Origin: Salpingoeca rosetta
Lineage: Eukaryota; Protista; Choanoflagellata
Direction of reading: 5' to 3'
Assembly: GCA_033442325.1 (NCBI GenBank)
Contig: JAWQFM010000017.1
Span: 74,432 to 138,431, forward strand
DNA length: 64,000 nucleotides
Both the position numbers and the translations under genes were made by a program. The notes under the pieces are model-generated. The model was not told the DNA's origin. It did no database searches and saw only the letters and a program-made list of their open reading frames with translations. Below, one piece after another: positions 37,201-51,568 of the stretch. Within the stretch, counting starts at the first letter, position 1, and each line of letters begins with the position of its first letter.

Positions 37201-40200
37201 ATGCGCAGCGCCTGACGGTGCGCGACGATGACTCTGGACCTTTCCTCATGCAGTGGGCCAGCGCCACCATTGTCAACGGCCAGGACGGCAGCGCAGAGCA
37301 GCTGTACGTCACGGCAACGTCGCCCAACATCACGTCCGTGGTGTACACGCCAGCAAACTACACGCTGGAGCTGCGCGGTGCGGCGGAGGCGAGCGAGTAC
37401 GAGCGTGTGCTGCGCACGCTCATGTACGGCAACAGCGCGGACGAGCCGCAGCCGCCGACAGAGCGCAACATCAGCGTTGTGGTCGCAGACGACAGCCACG
37501 TGAGCGCGGCGGCGGTGAGCAGGGTGCGCATTGAGCTGACCAACGACGCACGCTGGCCTTTCGACCTAAGAACCTCTCTTGCTTCAGCCCCTTAACACTT
37601 AGATGCCTGGTTTGATTAACCAGGTGCAACTATGCGGTATGAGTTATCGTGTATAGCTCACAGCTGCTATATACTCCTGGTGGCCACCGACTCTTTCCGA
37701 GGTGTATGTTACACTAGATGGCACCCCAGTCTGGTAATGCGGCAGGATCCCCTGTAGCTGAGACGTGGCTTCTGTGATCACGCGACCTCAGGTATTCGGT
37801 TAGACTAACGGGGTCAAAAGACGTGACGTCAGGGTCCCCTATACGATCTTTAGGGAATCAGGGCACTGCCGGATCCCACGACGCCGGTCGGACACCACTG
37901 CGCGGATGTTTGTTGCATCAACTTTTCCACAGTAGTCTGATTTGGGTAGTAACTCCGAACCATAGGAATGACAAGGTATCCAGTACAAGAGACATCGCAG
38001 CTGGACGCGGGCTCGTGAGCGCATCGCATATTGATGGAGCGCGTGGCACAATAGCAGAATGGTTCGTCCCGGGCGGCGGCGTGTCGCTGCAGTCGACGGC
38101 GTTTGTGTCGTTTATGGGCGTGAACGATGCGCCGATCCTCGACCTTGACGCGTCGTCGCCCGGCAGCGGGTACAAGGCGGTGTTTGTTGAGGAGCAGGGC
38201 GCGGTGGCTGCTGTGTCGCCAACGGACCTTGTGCTGATTGACGTGGACAACGCGACGGTGTCTGGGGCGTGGGCGCGGCTGTGGAGCGCGGAGAGTGCGA
38301 GCAACGCCGACGCGCAGGAGCTTGTGACCGACACGAGCGGGACGGGCCTGTCGTGGTCGTACGACAGCGCTTCCCGGGTGCTGAGCGTGAGTGGTGTTGG
38401 GACGACGGCTGAGTATGCGACGGTGCTGTCGCGCGTGCAGTACAACAACATGGAGGATGAGCCGCACCCAGCGAACCGCACGGTGACGTTTACGGTGTCT
38501 GATGGGCTTGCGACCAGCACGCCCGTGAACAGCACCATCCGCATCCTCCTCACCAATGACCCGCCGCGCCTGTACCTGAATGGCAGCGCCATCGTCCCCG
38601 ATACCAGCATCGTGTATGACGAGGGCGAGGGCCTGCGGCAACTCTTTGACAATGTGCTCGTGCAAGAGGATGACGTTGGCGACCTCATCACTCAGGCTGT
38701 GCTTGAGATCACCAACCCGCAGAACGGCAATCTGGAGAGCATGGCGCTCCTCTCGTTTGTGGGCGCATCCGTTCAGCTTGGCCCGGCCTCGCTGACCCTG
38801 ACCAAGCCCGACGGCGTCGCGGCGTGGATTCAGATTCTGGAAACGGTCGCATACACCAACGACGCCAAGGCCCCGCGCGGCGAGGTGCAGCGCGTCATCA
38901 CCGTGCGCATCAAGGACCTTGCAGGCGCGTGGTCAAACACGGCGTCCTGCTTTGTCACCATCATCGAGCGCAACGACTCTCCTGTGCTGACCAGCACCGC
39001 ATTTGCGCTGGCGGACGAATTCGAGGATGAGACAGACACCACCGCAACACCTCTGGCCGCGCTGATTGGCCCATCCATCACAGATGCTGACGCAGATACC
39101 CTCGCTGGTATTGCTGTCACGGGCTTTGACACAGATGGCGGCCGCTGGCAGCTGTTGGTGAACAACACGCTGTGGGTGGACATCCCCGTTGTGTCGCCAG
39201 CATCCGCACTGCTGCTGCCACTGGACGACGCTGTCATTCGCTTCGTGCCCTTGCCAGACTTCAATGGCGTGCAAACGCTCTCCTTCCGCGCATGGGACCA
39301 GACAGAGGGCGAGGCTTACAACTACACGGACACGACGGCCGCAGCAGCATCGGCATTTAACGCCTTTAGCGCCTCTGTCGGCACGCTGTCCATCAACGTG
39401 CTCCCACTTAACGACCGCCCACTCCTCAACGCCACCCGCGTTGCCGCCTTCCCAGACATCAACGAGGACGTTCCTGTTGCCGACAACACTGGTGCGTCGC
39501 TGGCTTCGCTCGTCGTGGGCGCTATCGACGACATTGACGCGGGTGCTGTGCCTGGCGTGGCTGTTGTGGAAGCAGACGTCAGCAACGGTGCTTGGCAGTT
39601 CTCCCTGGACGGGGGCTCATCCTGGACAACCGCAAACGTGAGCAGCGCGCAGTACCTGCTTCTGGACGCCTCCAGTGCACAGACGCGCCTGCGCTTCCTG
39701 CCAAACCTGCAGTTCCACGGCACCACGTCCCTCACCGTGCAGGCCTGGGATCAGACCGACGGCGAGGCAAGCGGCTCCTACGTCAACTCGACACGTGCCG
39801 ATGCGCCAACGTCACCGTTCAGCCTGGCCCACGCCCGCCTCTTGCTCACCGTCCTGCCTGTGAATGACCAACCCGTGCTCAACGCCACGGCAGCCACGGC
39901 AGTGAGCCTCACCCCGATCATGGAGGATGTCCCGTCAGCCGCCAACACCGGCGACGCTGTGTCATCGCTGCTCGAGCGCGTGGTGGTGGACTTTGATGCG
40001 GACGCCGTTCTGGGCGCCGTCGTGACCGCTGTCGATGACACCAACGGTATCTGGGAGTACCGGGGCATGTATGCCAGCGCGTGGCGCGCCATGACGCCGC
40101 CCAGCGGCAGCGGTCTGCCGCTCCTGCTCAAGGGCACTGCGCGCGTGCGCTTCCGCCCCGGCCTCAACTTCCATGGCAATGCCACGTTCACCTTCCACGC

Positions 40201-43200
40201 GTGGGACCAGAGCAGCAACTCCACAAACGTCACGTCCGCGCTTGGCGACATGACGGCGGCCATCAGTGACGCCAGCGCCATGGCAGCAATCACCGTGCTG
40301 CCCGTCAACGACGCGCCAACCTTCACCGGCGTGCCGCTGCGCCTCAACAGCATCTTCGAGGACGTGCCTGCACGCAACAACTTGGGCACGACCATCGCTG
40401 ACATTGTCGACGCCGGCGTGATGGACGTGGACGAGGATACGGAGCTTGGCCTCGCGGTCGTCGACTCGAGGGTGGAAGGCGGCTCATGGGAGTACCAGGT
40501 GGTTCCTGGTGGCAACTGGTCCACCTTCTTCGGCACCATCCTCATCAACGGTGCGCGCTACCCCGAGTATGCGACGGAGCGCCGTGCAACGCTGCTTGGC
40601 CCCGACGCCCGCATCCGCTTCCTGCCCGATCGCAACTTCAACGGCGTGGCCACGCTTGTTGCCAAGGCCTGGGACATGACCGCTGGGTACTCTGGACAGT
40701 TCAACGTCGACACGCGAAACGCAGTGCCCACAGGTGCGTTCAGCCTGAACACGACGCAGGTCAGCATCGACGTCGAGTCCGTCAATGACATCACACAGTT
40801 GCAGCTCAACGCAACGGGCAACGCCACAAACGCCTTTGTCACGTTTGTCGAAGGCTCTGACGGAACCCTGGTGACGGAGGGTGTCACCCTCACGGATGAG
40901 GACGACACGCACCTGGCCTGGGTCGAGCTGCTCCTGGCTGACATTGAAGACGGCACAGACGAGACGCTCACCGTGCACATGGTGAACAGCACGGCCAACG
41001 TCACGCTGACAGCGGTGCGCATGGGCATCAACAACGACATGCTGCGCCTGACCCTGAGCGGCAGCGGCCTGTCCCTTGACATGGCTGCGTTGCTCCTGGA
41101 GAGCACGACGTACAGCAACGCGGCGCTGGAGCCTGTCGTGGGCGAGCGTGTTCTCACCGTCTCCGTGAGCGACGGCCTCAACCCGGTCTCCGCACAGACG
41201 CGCATCAATGTCGTTCCCATCAACGACAACGCGCCCCTCATCTCCAACGTGACCACGGACCTCGTTTATGACGAGAACTCTGGGTTCGTGCACGTTTCCC
41301 CCTGGCTGCAGCTCTCGGATGACGACCACAACGACCTCTTCTTCATGGATAAGGCGCTGCTGGAGCTGGAAGACCCACGCACAACCGAAGTGCTGCGTGT
41401 CGATGCGCAGAGTGCAGCTGCATCCCTGCCTGGACTGCAGGCGTCATTCGCCAACGGCGTCCTCACCCTCAACGGCCCTCTCTCCGTCAACGACATGCAG
41501 GCGGTGCTGCGAGAGGTGGAGTATGCGGACGAGGCGGAGGAGCCCGATCCGGACGCACGCCGTATCCATCTCACAGTCCTGGACGATGACTTCATCTCAA
41601 ACGAGGTGGTGTTTGAGCTCGAGATGGCTCTCATCAACGACCAGACGCCCGTGGTTGATCTGAGCGGCGACGCTGCTGCGGGCATCGACTACGACAACGT
41701 CACCTTTGTGGAAGAGGGCGCGGACGTCAGCGTGGTGGATGCGCAGCGCCTGACGGTGCGCGACGATGACTCTGGACCTTTCCTCATGCAGTGGGCCAGC
41801 GCCACCATTGTCAACGGCCAGGACGGCAGCGCAGAGCAGCTGTACGTCACGGCAACGTCGCCCAACATCACGTCCGTGGTGTACACGCCAGCAAACTACA
41901 CGCTGGAGCTGCGCGGTGCGGCGGAGGCGAGCGAGTACGAGCGTGTGCTGCGCACGCTCATGTACGGCAACAGCGCGGACGAGCCGCAGCCGCCGACAGA
42001 GCGCAACATCAGCGTTGTGGTCGCAGACGACAGCCACGTGAGCGCGGCGGCGGTGAGCAGGGTGCGCATTGAGCTGACCAACGACGCGCCCGTGATTGAC
42101 CTGAGCGGGCCCAGTGTGCCTGGGCGCGACGTTGTTGCGCAGTACCGCGAGGGCCAGGGCGCGCTGTCGCTCGTGGACAGCAGCGCCGCGCGCATCTCGG
42201 ACGACGATGACACGGAGCTGGCGTACGTGAGCGTGTCGATTGTGCCTCGCCCGGACGCGGAGGCTGAGGTGCTTGCGTTTGACGCTGGCGTCCTGAGCGG
42301 GGCCGGCAGCGGCATCACGGTGAACGCGACGAGCGCAGGCGTGGTGCTGCGTGGCCCCGCAAGCGTGGGCGCGTTTGAGGCCGTGCTGCGGACGCTGACG
42401 TACGAGAACACAATGGCCAAGCCCGGGCGGCCGAGCACGGCGCTGCGGCACGTGGAGGTTGTTGCCGAGGACGTGCGCGGCGGCGTGTCGCTGCAGTCGA
42501 CGGCGTTTGTGTCGTTTATGGGCGTGAACGATGCGCCGATCCTCGACCTTGACGCGTCGTCGCCCGGCAGCGGGTACGAGGCGGTGTTTGTTGAGGAGCA
42601 GGGCGCGGTGGCTGCTGTGTCGCCAACGGACCTTGTGCTGATTGACGTGGACAACGCGACGGTGTCTGGGGCGTGGGCGCGGCTGTGGAGCGCGGAGAGT
42701 GCGAGCAACGCCGACGCGCAGGAGCTTGTGACCGACACGAGCGGGACGGGCCTGTCGTGGTCGTACGACAGCGCTTCCCGGGTGCTGAGCGTGAGTGGTG
42801 TTGGGACGACGGCTGAGTATGCGACGGTGCTGTCGCGCGTGCAGTACAACAACATGGAGGATGAGCCGCACCCAGCGAACCGCACGGTGACGTTTACGGT
42901 GTCTGACGGGCTTGCGACCAGCACGCCCGTGAACAGCACCATCCGCATCCTCCTCACCAACGACCCGCCGCGCCTTGCCGCCTCGAGCAACCTTCGCAAC
43001 GTGTTTGAGGACGCGGCGTTGGCCGTGTTCCCCGACCTGGTTTTGGAGGATGACGACAGCGACTCGCTCTCCTCTGCTGTGTTCCGCATCCTCAACCCCG
43101 TCGATGGCGTTCTGGAGCGAGTGTACCTGCCTGCTGATGTTGCTGTGCCTTCTGGCCTTGAGCTGCGGGACAACGACACCAACAGCATGAGTGTTGTCGG

Positions 43201-46200
43201 TACCGCGCCTCTGTCAACGTGGCAGGACGTCCTCTCGTCCGTCCACTACCGCTCGCTCTCACAGCAGCCATACCCGGCTATTCGCGAGGTGACACTGCAG
43301 GCGCGTGACGACATGAACGCCACCAGCAACACGGTGCGCGCGAACATTGGTGTGTCGACGCAAAATGACGCGCCGCGCCACCGCTCCAGCTACCCGTACG
43401 ACGAAACAGTGTCTGTGCTTGAGGATGGCGTGCTCGTTCTGCCCTCGCTGCGGTACTTCCACGATCCGGACGACGTGCTGCAGCCGAGCGGCGTCGTCGT
43501 GACGCCTTCACCCCATCACGGTACAGCCCAGGTGAACATGACCAACGGTGATGTTGTGTACACGCCCGACGCCAACTACTTTGGCAGCGACTCGTTTGGC
43601 TTCCTCGTGTGCGACAGCAAGCAGGCGTGCTCCCCAGCCACCATTGACGTGGCTGTGCAGCCTGTGAACGACCGACCAACGGCCGAGAACCTGACGGTGA
43701 CCGGCCCCGAGGACACGCTGTTTGTGATTGATCTCCTTTCGCTGGTGGACGACGTGGAGGATGCTGCCGAGCTCTGGCGCGGCCTGAGCATTGTGAGCGA
43801 GCCCGGCCGCGGGCGCCTCGTTGGCTGGCTTGCAGGCGACGGCACCAGCACCACCACATCCACCGCTGCATCGACGCTGTCTTCAACGACGATGGATGGC
43901 TCTGGGATGGACGCCACCATGCCCCCGATGTCCGGTGACGGTGGTTCTGGCGATACAACCACCACCGCCACTACCACTACCACGAGCACGAGCACGACAG
44001 CAACGACGACGACGACCATGACCACGTCCTCTTCGTCGTGGTCACTGGACATGGGCTCTGGTGACACTTCTTCTTCTTCTTCTTCAACAACGACAACGGC
44101 CACGACAACAACCACAGGATCTGGTATGTCACCACCAGTGTTCAGCACGACAACTACCACGACAACCACTGCACCGGGCAGCACAACGGCCTTTGCTGGA
44201 TCCGTGACGCCCGCACCCCCGACAGAACCCACGCTGCCGGACACCCTATTTGAGCCGACACTTGGGCTTGTGGGGTACATTCCCGATGCGCACTACCACG
44301 GGGAGGACGCGTTCCGCTTTGAGGTGTGCGATCCAGAGGGCCTGTGCTCGCAGGCTGTGATCTCACTGGTGATTGAGAGCGTCAACGACGTGCCTGTCGC
44401 CGTGAGCATTGCGCTGACCACCGAGGAGGACATGGCCGTTGCTGTGGACGTTGGCCCGTACGTCGCTGATGTGGAGGATGCCGACACGTCCCTGGCGCTG
44501 ACGGTGACGCAACCAACCAGCGGCACGGGCATTGCTGCCGGCAACACCATCACATACCAGCCAAACGCGCAGTTCACGGGCCAGGACGCCTTCACGTACA
44601 CGGTGTGCGACCGCGACGGCGCGTGCGCAACGGCAAATGTGAGCGTGTTCGTGCACGCCATCAACGACCGCCCGCGCGCCGCCAACATCACTGGCGAGCT
44701 GCTTGAGGATTCATCGCTGACCCTGAACCTCGTAGACCTCGTGTTTGACGTGGAGGACCAGCTCGACGGCATGGACGTCACCATCACCGAGGACGTGCAG
44801 AGCGGCGCGCTCACGTACGACGCCAACTCGGGCATTGCGCTGTATGTGCCCGATGAGAACTTCAACGGCTGGGATGGCTTCACGTACCGCGTGTGCGACA
44901 CGCAGGGGCTGTGCAGGGTTGGCCGCGTGGACCTGACGGTGTGGGCGATGAACGACGTGCCCGTGACCTCCACGGCGACGCTGACGGTGCGCGAGGACGA
45001 GGCACACGCGCTGGCGCTGCGCCCGTACGTGTCCGATGTGGAGGACAACGCGGCGGACCTGCAGTTCACCGTGGCCGTTGCCCCACTCCACGGCACGGCC
45101 AGCATCGACGCCAGCACGGCCGTGCTCACGTACACGCCTGCCAGCGACTACTCTGGCCTGGACACGGTGCGCTACCGTGTGTGTGACACGGAGGGCGCGT
45201 GCGCGCGCGGCGAGGTCGACATCACGGTGACTGAGGTCAACGACGCACCGGTGGCGTCGGATGTGGCGACCACCACGCCGGAGGACACGCCACTGCTGCT
45301 CCTCGCAAGGGACTACGTGGTGGACGTGGACGACGACGTTGCGGACCTGTCCGTGACCGTGGGCGCGCCAACGACGGAGCATGGCACGCTGCGCGTGGAC
45401 ACACGCACGGGTATCATCTCCTACACCCCGGACGACAACTTCCACGGCACAGACGCGTTCAACTTCACCGTGTGCGACCTTGCTGGCCTGTGCGACACTG
45501 CCAGTGTCAGCGTGGAGGTGCTGAGCGTCAACGACGCACCCACCGTGGCCGATGTGCAGGAGAACGTGCTTGCAGGCACGGCCATTGTGCTTGACGTTGT
45601 GTCGCTTGCGGAGGACGTGGACGAGGAGCCGCCGTCCGACCCGAACCACGTGCTCAACCCGCTCTCCGTGCGCGTCACGCGCCAGCCGGAGAACAACCTG
45701 GCCTTTGTGGAGGTGGTGGACGGGCGTGCCGTGGTGACATACGTTGCGCAAGAGACCACGTCCACGTACGGCTTCTTCGGCACGGAGACGTTTGAGTTCG
45801 AGGTGTGCGACAAGTTCCAGGAGTGCGCGCGCGGCACGGCGACCATCACAGTTGACTTTGAGGGCCCCGCCGTGGCCTCGGTTGTCGCATCTGACCCGGA
45901 CGACGGCGACTTCACCTTCTCCACCGGAGACGAGATTGTGGTCACGTTCAGCGAGGCCACCAACATGCCGTTTGGCACCTCGCTTGACGAGGAGGACGTG
46001 GCGCAGCTCCTTGAGCTACCGACCGCCCTCGCCTTCTCCGGCCGCTTCACGGGCGCATGGGCAAGCCCGACGGAGCTCGTGCTCACCGTGGCGCAGTGCC
46101 TCACGTGCCGTGGCGAGGAGACGGGCTTGCAGTTTGACACAACACCGCCGGCCGTGAGCCTCATCTTCATGGACCAGTTTGCTGGCGAGCGCATTCGCGT

Positions 46201-48043
46201 GCGCGCCGAGGGCGGCCTGCGCAACGCCGCAGAGACGTCGCTGCCGTCCACGGCGGTGGCACCGCGCTTCACGGGCGACTGGGGCCGTGCTCAGCCGCAG
46301 GTCACCACGATTGAGGTGAGCTCGCCAACGGACGTGAGCCCGTCCGAGGCCGGCTTTGCGCTGCCAACGGGCACGCAGCTGGTGCTGTCGTTCAACGGCC
46401 CTGTGAACCGCCTCGCGTGCACGGAGCTGACGGCCGAGGACTTTGACCTGGTGTTCCTGCAGCAGGTGCTGAGCCGCGGCGACGACGACGCGCTCACGGC
46501 TGACCTCGGGTCCGTTGTTGGCCGCTGGGTGGTGGCTGGCAGCGACGAGTGCCCGCTGACGGAGGACGAGGCGATGCAGCTGGGTGCAAACGGCGGTGCT
46601 GTGACTGCACGACGCCGCCGCGCAGCCAACGTGCCCACGTACGCAGACTCACTCATGCTGTACGTGGTTGACGCCAGCACACAGACGCTGCCGTCTGTGT
46701 CTGACCTGACGCTCTTCCTGAGTGTGGATGACACGTCGCTCGGCACGGAGTTCAACAACTACCTGCAGTCGTCCTCGCAGACCACGCGCAAGGTGATTGA
46801 CGTCATGGACCCGAACTTCGACCCCGTGACGGATGCGTCCACAACCAACGAGGGCGTGTATGTCGTGACATTTGTGGCCGCCGACCCCGACAACCGCGAC
46901 TCGGAGTTCTCCGTGGGCGACACGCTCACGCTGACGTTCAACACGGCCGTGGTGAGCAGGGACGTGAGCACGAAGCGCGCCATTGACGAGGCACTCGTGT
47001 TTGAGCAGGAGGGTGTGGCCGTGGACATTGCGGATTACGAGGGCGAGTTCACGGCGCCAGATACGCTGGTGATCACCGTCCTCAACGCGACGAGCAACAT
47101 TGTGCCTGCTGTTGGCGGGATGCGCGTGCGCATGCTGCCGGAGACGTTCGTCGCCGCAAACGACGAGAGCGTGGTGAACGTGCAGTCCGGCCGGCTGCTG
47201 GAGGGCGACTTTGGCAGCCCGCGCGAGACCAGCGCCATGTACTACGTGGCGCCCGTGCTGCTGTTTGTGATTGCGGGCCTGTTTGCGCTGTTTGCCCTCT
47301 TCAAGCAGAAGCGCGCGGAGGACAAGCGCAAGATGTCCGCAGCCGTTCTCACGAGCGGACAGGAGCAGACGTGGATGCAGCCGCCACCAGCGGTCACCAT
47401 GCGCAAGACACAGGACCCCTTCACCAACTTTGACACGCTCGGTGCCAGCCAGCACGGCAGCGCAGCAGCAGCGGCGGCCTCGTCCACAAAGCCACAAGAG
47501 AAGCGCGTGTCTGTGCCGCGGCTGTCGTTTGACGCCAACGCGCACCGCTCGCTGCCTCAACCGCCGTCGCAGCAGCAGTTCTCGCCGCGCCGCCGCCCAT
47601 CACTCATCGCTCGCTCGGGATCAACATCCTCCCAGCAGCAGCAGCAGCAACAGCAGCAGTCAAACCCGCTGTCTCCAGTTGCTGTTCCGCCCCTGCGCCG
47701 GGACAGTGCAGGCGAGGGCGCCGTGCCCCGCCGCTCCAACATGCCCAAGGGCTCACTGCCACCACTTCGCACGCAAGACCCCTTCCGTGCTGCCAGCGGG
47801 GCGCCGCATTTCCTGCCGCCACTGGCCAAGCGGCCTGGCGCAGGCACCACGCGCCCGCCAAGCCTGTCCCGCCCGCCGCCACCAGCAGCTGGTCGGCTGG
47901 CGTCGCTCTCACGTGCACCGGGACAGGGCGGGGCCAAGCGGCCGTCACTCGCTGCACCGCCACGCCCGTCGCTGCCGAGCCTGAGGCGCGGGCCACCAAC
48001 CATGAGGCCGCCGCCAGGCACACGGGGCGACAGCAAGCAGTAA
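10264..48043 (+). CDS. Giant type I membrane protein (~12,500 aa): signal peptide, 9 IPT/TIG, dozens of cadherin-like/bacterial-Ig NDxP modules, 4 P-domains, 7 tandem-95-like repeats, single TM, Pro-rich tail
   Basis: Five abutting same-strand ORFs (10171-16938, 16256-22699, 22864-27138, 27090-37595, 37823-48043) share one repeat vocabulary and continue each other mid-module. Only the first has a signal peptide (MELLLLLLLTTALSPVKA, ATG 10264); only the last has a TM (YYVAPVLLFVIAGLFALFALF-KQKR) and tail. Breaks at ~16741, ~22684-22848, ~27114 and 37550-38072. No microsatellite introns inside. Confidence 0.85.
10410..12820 (+). repeat. Nine IPT/TIG domain repeats (~90 aa)
   Basis: Consensus IxxVxPxSGQxGTRVTITGxxLLGGG...VTLAGV...GDV...ADTGA...F/WxY occurs nine times. 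Confidence 0.9.
17480..18375 (+). other. Tandem pair of proprotein-convertase P-like domains
   Basis: VSDVQVVVDIDHPYVGELILTLSH...LSAFDGLDMGGDWVLEVQD...GSLRRFALIL, followed by a degenerate second copy (VVDADVHVHL...GTWSVLVE). Confidence 0.8.
22232..27620 (+). repeat. Near-identical internal duplications: 22232-22530 = 26815-27113 and 23207-23712 = 27115-27620
   Basis: Direct comparison shows only a few substitutions (cgcgac/cacgac, gtctcc/gtttcc, ctgggc/ctgagc, gaccttgcg/gatcttccg). Confidence 0.95.
34500..35410 (+). other. Second tandem pair of P-like domains
   Basis: VSAVFVSMQLQHDMLGDVRAYLEH...LAAFVGHAADGDWTLQVVD...GQLLDWSLVV and VTDVDVAVFL...LAHPDGTAVQL...AAGEWSLTV...GWALSL. Confidence 0.82.
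37092..42975 (+). repeat. Near-identical internal duplications: 37092-37549 = 41630-42087 and 38073-38571 = 42477-42975
   Basis: Direct comparison; few substitutions (tacaag/tacgag, gatggg/gacggg, aatgac/aacgac). Confidence 0.95.
43366..45860 (+). repeat. Seven ~95-aa tandem-95/Big_9-like repeats, each with a VCDxxxxC cysteine pair
   Basis: NDxP..ED..DVED..YTPxxNFxGxDxFxYxVCDxxGxC repeated 7 times; the second carries an S/T-rich insert. Confidence 0.85.
47236..47303 (+). other. Transmembrane helix of the giant protein
   Basis: MYYVAPVLLFVIAGLFALFALF followed by basic KQKRAEDKRK. Confidence 0.9.
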
Positions 48044-48895
48044 TCGATTTGGGTGTGAGGAAGTGGGTGGTGATCTTTGTGTGACGTGACAAGGGTGAAG
48101 TTTGTTGTTGATGTGTGAGTGTGCGTTGTGTACTGTGTTCGACTTGTGTTTGTGTTCCGTGTGTTGTGTTTGTGTGACCTGGGAGATGAATGAGCAGTGC
48201 TGAGGTGAGCTGCGGTCTGGGATGTGTTGTTTTCGCATGTGTACGAGCGTGTGTGGAGTGATATGATGACGTGACGTGAGTGATGTGATGATGTGATTCG
48301 TGTGACATTCCCATTTCGTTGAATATGTTCTTTTACTTGTGTATTGTGTCGTTTGTTTTCCTGTCATTCTGCCTTGTGACCCCCCACTCTTTGCCTGCAA
48401 GCAAGCGGTGCAGTGTGGCTTTTGATGTCGGTTCCGTCCTTTCTTTTTGTCATTGATTTGTTGTGCCCATTGTGTTTGAGTGTTGGGTCTCATCTGACTG
48501 TTTGTTGTTCTGCCCTAACCATGAGTGCGCAAGTGGCAAGAGTGAGCTGAGAATGACCGGGGCATGTGGTGTGCGGGCGTGGGAAGCAACAGCTGTTGTC
48601 TCCACACCTCCGCCATCTCGTTCGCGGCGTCTCTCGCTCTGGCTCTCACTTGCGCCATTCATTGTCAGTAAACAGCAACACTGCATTCACTGAGCACGCA
48701 CAACGACTTTGCTATGGGGTGGCGGTACGTTTTGGGTGTAACGTGATGGACTTGATTTCACACCACTGCTTTGGTTCTTTTACTGTTTGCTGTGTTGTTG
48801 CAGAAGAAGGGAAAGAGGTGGGGCGGGGAGGGGAGACACGAAGGAATGACAAAACAACAAAAGTTACACCCAACACCACGTCGCAGTGCAACGAG

Positions 48896-51568
<2,673 letters not shown>

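Larger units (their letters stand above)
12820..43365 (+). repeat. Array of cadherin-like / bacterial large-adhesin modules delimited by (V/I/T)NDxP
   Basis: Type A: NDAP..FVEE..DxD..AxYxxVLxTLTYxNxADEP..RxIxxxVxDG. Type B: NDxP..IxED..DxD..GxWQ..LRFxPxxNFxG..AWDQTxG. A few shorter ED..YxPxxNFxG..DxG modules also occur. Confidence 0.9.

Noticed and set aside
37550-38072. Patch as intron, transposon or ncRNA (short hairpins such as cctggtt-tgatt-aaccagg)
   Set aside because: No splice dinucleotides at the junctions, no TIRs or TSD, coding sequence is missing rather than displaced, and stems this short arise by chance.
10435-47560. Long antisense and alternate-frame ORFs over the giant gene (e.g. 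12508-16863, 22954-25776, 30174-33608 on minus)
   Set aside because: Shadow ORFs from high GC and codon bias; the translations have no domain motifs.
48022-48034. RGD motif at the end of the giant protein
   Set aside because: It lies in the predicted cytoplasmic tail, so it cannot act as an integrin ligand.
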